Source of the DNA: Eledone cirrhosa | Taxonomy: Eukaryota | DNA: 64,000 nucleotides | Direction: 5' to 3' | NCBI GenBank assembly: GCA_964016885.1 | Contig: OZ024741.1 | Location: 338,086,001 to 338,150,000 of the forward strand | Part shown: piece by piece, positions 55,901-64,000 of the stretch | Position numbering within the stretch: position 1 is the stretch's first letter | Layout: each line of letters opens with the position of its first letter | The notes under the pieces: model-generated | What the model saw: only the letters and a program-made list of their open reading frames with translations | Database searches by the model: none | What the model was told of the DNA's origin: nothing | Program-made: the position numbers and the translations under genes

Positions 55901-56214
55901 ACAAAAGTTGTTTTACAGATAGAGTCATATTCAGACAAGAACTTAATGTTGTGAGTTTTATTTGAATAGTGAAGAAAACTTCAAATCACAAGATGAATAT
56001 GCTAATGAGGATAACATTACTGAAAAAGAACGTTATGTTTAGACGCTAGGTAAAATTAAATAATTATTAGGATTATTTTTTAAAGGAAAAGGAAATAGAG
56101 GTTATTATTAGGGTGGAAGAAAATTTAAGGAAAATATGAGAAGTTACGATAATTTGTGTTTACATTTTCAATATATGATTTAAGAAAATGAAACTAGTTC
56201 TATTTTAGTATAGA

Positions 56215-58052
56215 CTAGCATTAAAGCCCGGCGTTGCTCGGGGTCATTAAGTTACCAAAGTTAGGTTGCAGCACTTTTTTGTCTACCAGGCACTGGGTGA
56301 ATGAATTGCAGACCTGGAAGCATGAGCTGCGCCAACAGTGACAATTGTAGTTTCGCCTATGGATATTATCTCTGTGCAAAAAAGTGTTGAAATTTATTGT
56401 TTCACAGTACTTGCGCAACACGCGAGTAGACGATGCCAGCCGAACAACAGAGCTGCGATGGAGTTGTTCTGCATGGTTGTCTGTGTGTTTTCTAAATTTA
56501 AGACAGTTGGGAGGGTTGTGATATGAGGGAGAGTTAGCTGTTGTTTCTAGCAGGTTTAGTGACCTCATAGAGGATATGTGTTTTCTAAATTTAAGACAGT
56601 AGGGAGTGGTGTGATATGAGGGAGAGTTAGCTGCTGTTTCTAGCAGGTTTAGTGACCTCATAGAGGATATGTGTTTTCTAAATTTAAGACAGTAGGGAGT
56701 GGTGTGATATGAGGGAGAGTTAGCTGCTGTTTCTAGCAGGTTTAGTGACCTCATAGAAGATATGTTTTCTAAATTTAAGACAGTAGAGAGGGGTGTGATA
56801 TGGGGGAGAGTTAGCTGCTGTTTCTAGCAGGTTTAGTGACCTCATAGAGGATATGTTTTCTAAATTTAAGACAGTAGGGAGGGGTATGATATGGGGGAGA
56901 GTTAGCTGCTGTTTCTAGCAGGTTTAGTAACCTCATAGAGGATATATGTTTTCTAAATTTAAGACAGTAGGGAGTGGTGTGATATGAGGGAGAGTTAGCT
57001 GCTGTTTCTAGCAGGTTTAGTAACCTCATAAAGGATATGTGTTTTCTAAATTTAAGACAGTAGGGAGTGGTGTGATATGAGGGAGAGTTAGCTGCTGTTT
57101 CTAGCAGGTTTAGTGACCTCATAGAGGATATGTGTTTTCTAAATTTAAGACAGTAGGGAGTGGTGTGATATGAGGGAGAGTTAGCTGCTGTTTCTAGCAG
57201 GTTTAGTGACCTCATAGAAGATATGTTTTCTAAATTTAAGACAGTAGAGAGGGGTGTGATATGGGGGAGAGTTAGCTGCTGTTTCTAGCAGGTTTAGTGA
57301 CCTCATAGAGGATATGTTTTCTAAATTTAAGACAGTAGGGAGGGGTATGATATGGGGGAGAGTTAGCTGCTGTTTCTAGCAGGTTTAGTAACCTCATAGA
57401 GGATATGTGTTTTCTAAATTTAAGACAGTAGGGAGTGGTGTGATATGAGGGAGAGTTAGCTGCTGTTTCTAGCAGGTTTAGTAACCTCATAAAGGATATG
57501 TGTTTTCTAAATTTAAGACAGTAGGGAGTGGTGTGATATGAGGGAGAGTTAGCTGCTGTTTCTAGCAGGTTTAGTGACCTCATAGAGGATATTATTGTTT
57601 ATCATCTATATATATAAAACTGACTGCACGCCTAACGAAATTTACAGATACATATATTTTAAATAAACTTATATAATTTTTGCTTTTTTTTACGAAATAT
57701 TTGCTTGTTTTACGTAGTCTTTAAATAGACTTGTTTTCAAGTAAAAATTATTGTGTTAATGTCATTTTAAACGCTGAGAAAGCCAGCGTAATTTTTTTAA
57801 TTTTTGCACGCAGACGCTCAATGTAAACAGAACAAAGGGAAATAACTGATCACTTACGCTCAAAAATCGATACATTATATTCGATTTCGTCAGATAGGGC
57901 GGGTCAATTTGAAATATTTTTTTTCCGATGTCTTCGCTAGGGCTCAATGTACAAGTATAGCAATTTCGGTGCAATTCCGTGAGAGATTCTAAGAGGAGAT
58001 GTGTGCCAAAAATCGATAGACAGACAGACAACCTCAGTTTTATATATATAGA
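56215..58052 (-). mobile_element. Non-autonomous Helitron nested in PLE D
   Basis: A|TCTATATATATAAAACTGAGGTTGTCTGTCTG 5' end; 3' hairpin CCCGAGCAACGCCGGG, then CTAG|T; no TSD. Confidence 0.75.
56484..57591. repeat. 91/93-bp tandem repeat, about 12 copies
   Basis: Unit GTGTTTTCTAAATTTAAGACAGTAGGGAGTGGTGTGATATGAGGGAGAGTTAGCTGCTGTTTCTAGCAGGTTTAGTGACCTCATAGAGGATAT. Confidence 0.95.
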
Positions 58053-58573
58053 TGTACACTATATTCAATAGTTGCATCAAGATAGGAATAAATTTACGAA
58101 ATTTTAATAAATTTTAATATTTATGTAAAGTTTAGCTGTTGCTTAGATAATATGTGTAGGCATGTTTCATTTCAAAGGAAAAGATAACTCTAATATTTCT
58201 TAGTTTAAAGAGTTAAGTTATATTTACCGTTAATTCTAGAATTTACTTACAAATAATATTCTAATTGTAATATATGGAAAAATTATTTTATATTTCATTT
58301 TATAGTATCTTATATTACATATTTTCTAAGATAAAAATGTTTGTTTGTATTTTGATAACATTACTTATATCTATGCATAAATTTAATGATATTAAGTATT
58401 TGTACGTATGGATTTACAATGCCTATAGAGTCTATTAGGAAAAAAAATTCAACAGACATCCAAAATATATTCAAAAATATCATTAAAAACATCACACAAA
58501 AAATCTTAACAAAGCACGGCGAAGACATATAAAATGTAAATAGGTGAGATATAGAGGCTATAAATAATATTTT

Positions 58574-60530
58574 CTATAGATTATAGATACTTCTAAAAGT
58601 CTTAGACTGACGATGCATGCAAGAATTAAATAATTCTTTTTGTTTATAACGTTTTTTTTTTATTGGTAATTATGTGAAAAATTTCTTCAATACATAAATG
58701 ACAAATTCTTGAGAGAGCCATATTCTGGTATGCGGGCGCTTTCGAAATCGTTCTCCAATAGATTGAATAGTCAATAGTATTGTCTTTTAAGTCCCAAATT
58801 AGATGTGAGAGTTATGTTGAGAATTTTTTGTCCGATCTATTAAATCTGTGTTTCTGATTATACCAGCGTTCCTTAAATTTTGTAGAAGTGGCTCCTATAT
58901 AGTTATATAATTTATCTCTAGTTTTTTATGGTGCATTTGTATACTAAGTTTTTATCTAGACAATTATTCTGTAAAGGGCAACTTAATTTGTTTCTGCAGT
59001 TACATGTTCTAGAGTTGTTGTCTAGAGAAACGGTATGATTATTATAAGTACTGTTACTAGTAATATTATTATTGCTATTAGGGTTTATTTGGGTTGAGTT
59101 TAATTTTAAGTTTCTATTATTAATTATATTAATATTTTGTGCTATATTCATAGTAGTAGAGTAAGATAGTTTGATAGTATGCCTGTTAAAAATAGAGTGG
59201 TATCTATGGGATTTAGGAAAACACTTATCTAATGCCTTGAAAAATAGGTTTGCTAAAGGTATTTTAATTCTTAATGAGATTGGAGAAGAGTACCAAATAA
59301 TATTTCTAGTTCTAGTTTTTTTGTTTGATTTACTATTTAGGTTAATTTGCTTATTATTAATATTATAGTAAATTTTAGGATGATTTTGCATGCTATTGTT
59401 ATCTATGTATTTAATTTTATTCATGTAACCAGCTCTGTGTAAAGCATCATTGTAATATTCCGCCTTATTATCAAATACATTTTTATTGGTGAAATGCGTG
59501 ATATTCTTTGCTGGACACTACTGACTATAGTATTTTTGACATTTCTAGGGTGGTTAGAATGGAAGCTTACATAATTTAGGTTTTCATTAATCTTATGGAA
59601 AGGGTAATATAGTCCTGAGCTAAGGTTTAAAGTGACATCTAAGAAATTAACAATTTTATTATCATTCTCAATTTCTAATTTAAGGTTAAAATTATTGAAA
59701 AATTCTATGATAATTTTCTTTTTCCTACTAAGTTCGCTATTGTTATGCTTATCGACTATAAGTAACATATCGTCGCGATATAAACCTCCGGCCATCTCCG
59801 GCATTTTTCTATGTAATACGTTAAGAATTAATATTCCAACGAGGTCCGTTACCTGCGCTGAGTCAGATGATCCCATTGTGATATCAAAATTGTTTTGTCT
59901 ATCAGCCCTAGTCCAAAGGTGGTTATTGAATTTAATAAGGGTTTTACGTGCAGTTAAAATAATATTTAATTCCTCGCTAGATAAGTCAGTATATTTTGAT
60001 GCGTAAAAATAGTGCCTTATTAAGTAGGTTGGGGGTTATTGAAGAGTAGTAGTTAGCAATATCCATTTGTATAATTTTTTTCTATATTTTAATTTAATGT
60101 CTACGAACCAATCGATCACTTCGTTTGTACCGTTCCAAAGTTTAAGGTATGATTTATGCTTAAGTACTGGTATGATCCTATCTAGTATATGCTTACTAAT
60201 TATACCTAGATCAGATTTAGATGGTGCAATAAGTGTGATTGGTAGTTCCGCTGCTAAATTCCTTTTGTGGTCCTTCATATTTATCTTCGGTTGTCTTGCT
60301 ATGAAGGGTTCGGTCCTATTTTCAATACCTAATTTGTAAATAATTTCGGAAGCTTCTTTGTTTAAGGTTGATAGATCTTTTTTAGAGCTTTTTTTTATAA
60401 TTCTTTCTAAGTTCTTTCAATATTAAATTATTATAATCTTTTTCAATTCCATATAAATTGTTAGTTTTGTCGGATTTTACGAGGATCTTATTTGTTTTTT
60501 TTCAAGTTATCAATTTTATTATCCTCATTA
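58574..60530 (-). pseudogene. Naiad-like RT + GIY-YIG with several frameshifts
   Basis: KSDKTNN; MKDHK..LIAPSKSDLG; MGSSDSAQVTDLVG; GGLYRDD; CNCRNKLSCPL; YIGATS; CHLC; CMHR. Confidence 0.9.
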
Positions 60531-60634
60531 GCATATTCATCCTATGATTTGAAATTCTTCTTCACTATTCAAACAGAACTCAAAACGTTAAGTTATAGTT
60601 TTGAATATGTCACTATCTGTAAAACAGCTTTTGT

Positions 60635-60693
60635 ATTTTATCTGATGAGAGCGTACCAAAATGTTGGTACCCTTGAAATATATATAATAAAAT
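60635..60693 (+). ncRNA. Minimal HHR (C.C group), PLE D inverted pLTR
   Basis: Same motif with loop AATG. Confidence 0.85.
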
Positions 60694-60875
60694 AAATATG
60701 GTTTTATAAAGATAGTTTCCATTTATTAATATTTTTTTATATATATAGTGAGAGAGAGAGCGTTTGTGGTGCTGAAACTGGGGAGACCATGAATGGGAGT
60801 ACTCAATACATGGAGAGAAGCAGAGTGGGTATAGAGATAGGTAAAATCCCGACTGCTTGGCGCTGCAGTCAGGAT

Positions 60876-60907
<32 letters not shown>

Positions 60908-61017
60908 TAGTTTATAAAGGAAACAAAACAAACACAAGAATGCAAAATTGCACAGTTATATTAGGTTTACGCTTGGAGGAAATGGATATATACATACATA
61001 TATATATATAGAAAGAG

Positions 61018-61114
<97 letters not shown>

Positions 61115-61539
61115 CAAAAACTATCATTTAAAACATCACAATCCAGAAGAGTGGGAATAACATTTATTGCGTAACACTTAGACGTGTTTCATCGTATGTA
61201 TTATTGGATCGCTAATATTTGATTATCCTAATCCAATTAAATCGAATCCAACTACTTAGATAATCTAGATAATATGTAGTTACAACAAATTTTCAAAGTG
61301 GAATTGTGATGTTTTGAATAATAATCTTTTAAATAATATTTTTCTAAATTTCTATATGCACTCCGCAAATTATTACACTTGGAACATATGGTGGAACTAC
61401 CTCAGCATCTGCCAATTGGAATACTTCGTCCGTTGAGTAAAACCCTACTGTAAGCGGTCTTTGATTCTTGTTGAATAATCAAACTGATTGATTACGCTAA
61501 AGGAAATTGAATAATACTATAATTCTCTCTCTCTCTCTT

Positions 61540-61572
<33 letters not shown>

Positions 61573-61822
61573 ATTTAGGTTTGTTGGTTCACCACAAGAT
61601 GGAACTGGTCATTCTGCATAGTCAACCGTGATGTAATATTAGGAAGAGCACTCGATGTAATGCAACTCACCTATTTTCGTTTATGTTGAATCTTGTTGGT
61701 GGTGCGAGAAAGGAGTTAATTATTGAGTAAAATGACAGGAGGCTGGACTGGGGAAAGTCCTTAAAGATTTATTATAGACACTATGCACATTTCAATGACC
61801 GGGTTCTGCATGAACCCGGTGA

Positions 61823-61955
<133 letters not shown>

Positions 61956-62056
61956 GGTGCTGAGACCGAGGCGACTACTAATCACATTACTACACTCTTA
62001 AATACACAAGCTGAAACCGCTTGGTGCCTCAGTCGGGATTTTACCTCTCTCTGTCT

Positions 62057-62104
<48 letters not shown>

Positions 62105-62288
62105 CGAAGGAAATGTGGTAACCAGATGGATCATAACGCACCAGAGTACTCAATACTTAGGGTAGTAGAGTAGGTAATAGGAAACAGTATGACCTCGATG
62201 GCAGAGCTCAAGCCGTTACGACGGCTATTTCAGGACTGAAATAGCCGTCGAAACGGCTTGAGCTCTGTCGACGGGGTCATACTTTCTC

Positions 62289-62319
<31 letters not shown>

Positions 62320-62320
<1 letters not shown>

Positions 62321-62800
62321 GAGACAGTTGGGTGGATGTTGTAGGTATATCGATGGTGTATTCCTTCCTAATTATAGGCATTTTGAGGGTTTGTTGCACA
62401 ACATCTAACCAAACAGTTTAGAGGTTAATAGGAAGGGATGTAATATTAACAAGGTTATTTATTTAGACATTACTATCGAAATAGGTGGCGAGACGATATG
62501 TTACAAATAGGACTAAGGATTTTAGCTTTAAGGTGGCTTGGATGCTATTTGCTTCTAGCTGTGCGCCAAAACTTTAGGATACAATGTGCTTTCTAGCCAA
62601 GTTATTCTCTATGGTGGGATAAGTAGCCAGATGAATGTTTTTACGGAGGTAGTGAATAAACTTTTAAAATATATGGTAGAACAGGAATACAAAGAGAAAT
62701 TTCTCATACAGCGTTTTCGCAATTGCCTTGGTGCTAATAGGGAGATTTGGGGGAAATATGGGGTTATTTCTAGTTTGCAGATGAGAGGCATAGGACTTTG
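62320..62800 (+). pseudogene. Hydra-like PLE RT C-terminal fragment
   Basis: CRYIDG..NI*P.SLE..YLDITI..DFSFKV..SSCAP..YNVLSSQVI.Y..ISS..QEY..KYG; no GIY-YIG domain follows. Confidence 0.6.
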
Positions 62801-63351
62801 AAATTTATCTTATTTGCCTTAAGGTAGAAGCTTAGCGTATTTAAGAAAGATCTTTTTTTTTGCGGGGGGGGGGGGGTCGGTTTGCTTTGGAAAGCGTATA
62901 GCCTGAATTTAATTTAATTTATTCTTAATTTTATTTATTTGCTTGAGATCTAAGTAAATTTGGTATATTTGCAATGAAGTAGTAATCTTTGTAAAAGCAA
63001 GGAGTGTTTAATTTTACATTGAAACTGTAGAAACTTAAGCTGTATGCAATGATGACCAACTTTAGAATTTAGCTTTGTTTAGGAGAAATAAAATTCTATA
63101 AACCTTTGTTATTCTTTTATTTTCACCGTTACTTGAACGGACGATATCAGAGAGTGGTGCCACTGTGCTGACTTACTCACTTTATCTACGCCCGGCGAAC
63201 GATCCACATGAGTAAGTCATGTTTTCGTTTTTTTTTTATACTCCCTGATTACGTGATTAAATATTTTAAACTTGTAGATTCGTGTATATTTTATTTAATC
63301 TTAATTATGTTTTACATTCCAGTGTATACATTATGTTTATTTTATATTAAT

Positions 63352-63526
63352 AATTGTTTCTACTTTTGGCACAAGGCCAGCAATTACTCAGTACATTACG
63401 GTACTTTATTTTATCGACCCCGTAAGGATGAAAGGCAATGTTAACCTCGGCGGGATTTGAAAGGGACGTAACTCTGTGCTGCAAAACATGGCGTCCGACC
63501 CTCTACCGATACTGCCAATCCACCAC
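63352..63526 (-). mobile_element. SINE of the main family
   Basis: Tail, core, partly deleted B box, A box. Confidence 0.85.
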
Positions 63527-64000
63527 CCTGAGATTTATACCTTTGGCGTCGCCTTTAATTATAGTATTTTCTAATATCATATTATATTTTTCATCATGAA
63601 TTCATTCCGCTTATTTATTAATAAATTGGCATTTTCTTTATTCTTATTTTGGTTTTTAGGTTAAGGAGTAGGAACTAGACTTCTTATATACTTCATCTTG
63701 TAATCGTTTCGCTCATTTCTTTAATAGCTTAGTATTTTTTCTTGACTATTAATTGCGTTTTTTTGTTATGTTGTGAAAACTGGTCTCCCGATGCGCGATA
63801 TCACATGATCTTCTTGGATAGTTTTAGGGTTTTAGGTCAAGGGTATACGGAAAAGGGTAATGATATTGTTTACTGTCTATTCTTATATAGAAACTGCGTA
63901 ATTTGACGACTGTAGCTTGAAAAAGTCCGTCTCCCCTATATTAATATTTAGAGGGGGTTAGGGTTGGGATATATAGATGATGTCTGATGTAGGGATTATG

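Larger units (their letters stand above)
55700..60732 (-). mobile_element. Naiad-like PLE 'D', degenerate, with 3' pLTR and inverted 5' pLTR
   Basis: 55805-55990 is inverted at about 60545-60732; broken ORF about 58574-60530. Confidence 0.85.

Noticed and set aside
56484-57591. CRISPR-like array or repeat-protein ORFs (MRSLNLLETAANS..)
   Set aside because: Head-to-tail repeats with no unique spacers in a eukaryotic context; the ORFs result from the 93-bp unit and break at the 91-bp units

Overview
AT-rich eukaryotic DNA with many (TA)n/(CA)n tracts. The repeats and the gene suggest a mollusc, probably an octopod cephalopod (inference). Positions 331-12061 hold seven minus-strand exons, assembled by hand, of a secreted Pif-like protein (signal peptide, three chitin-binding-type repeats, laminin-G-like domain); the last exon was not found. 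The rest is a retroelement island dominated by Penelope-like elements (PLEs; RT plus GIY-YIG) of about five lineages: three Naiad-like copies (one with an intact 819-aa ORF), a 9.8-kb head-to-head array of another family, and Neptune-, Nematis- and Hydra-like copies. Most abut (TA)n. About 20 type I hammerhead ribozyme (HHR) motifs were folded by eye in their pseudo-LTRs and in short ORF-less foldbacks. They include a U3-A8 core variant, a U4C variant, long-stem-II forms and a group with a covarying stem II around an invariant C.C mismatch. Also present are tRNA-derived SINEs, RTE and CRE-like LINE fragments, and Helitrons, one carrying a 93-bp tandem array with higher-order structure. Clade labels come from remembered motifs, not database searches.
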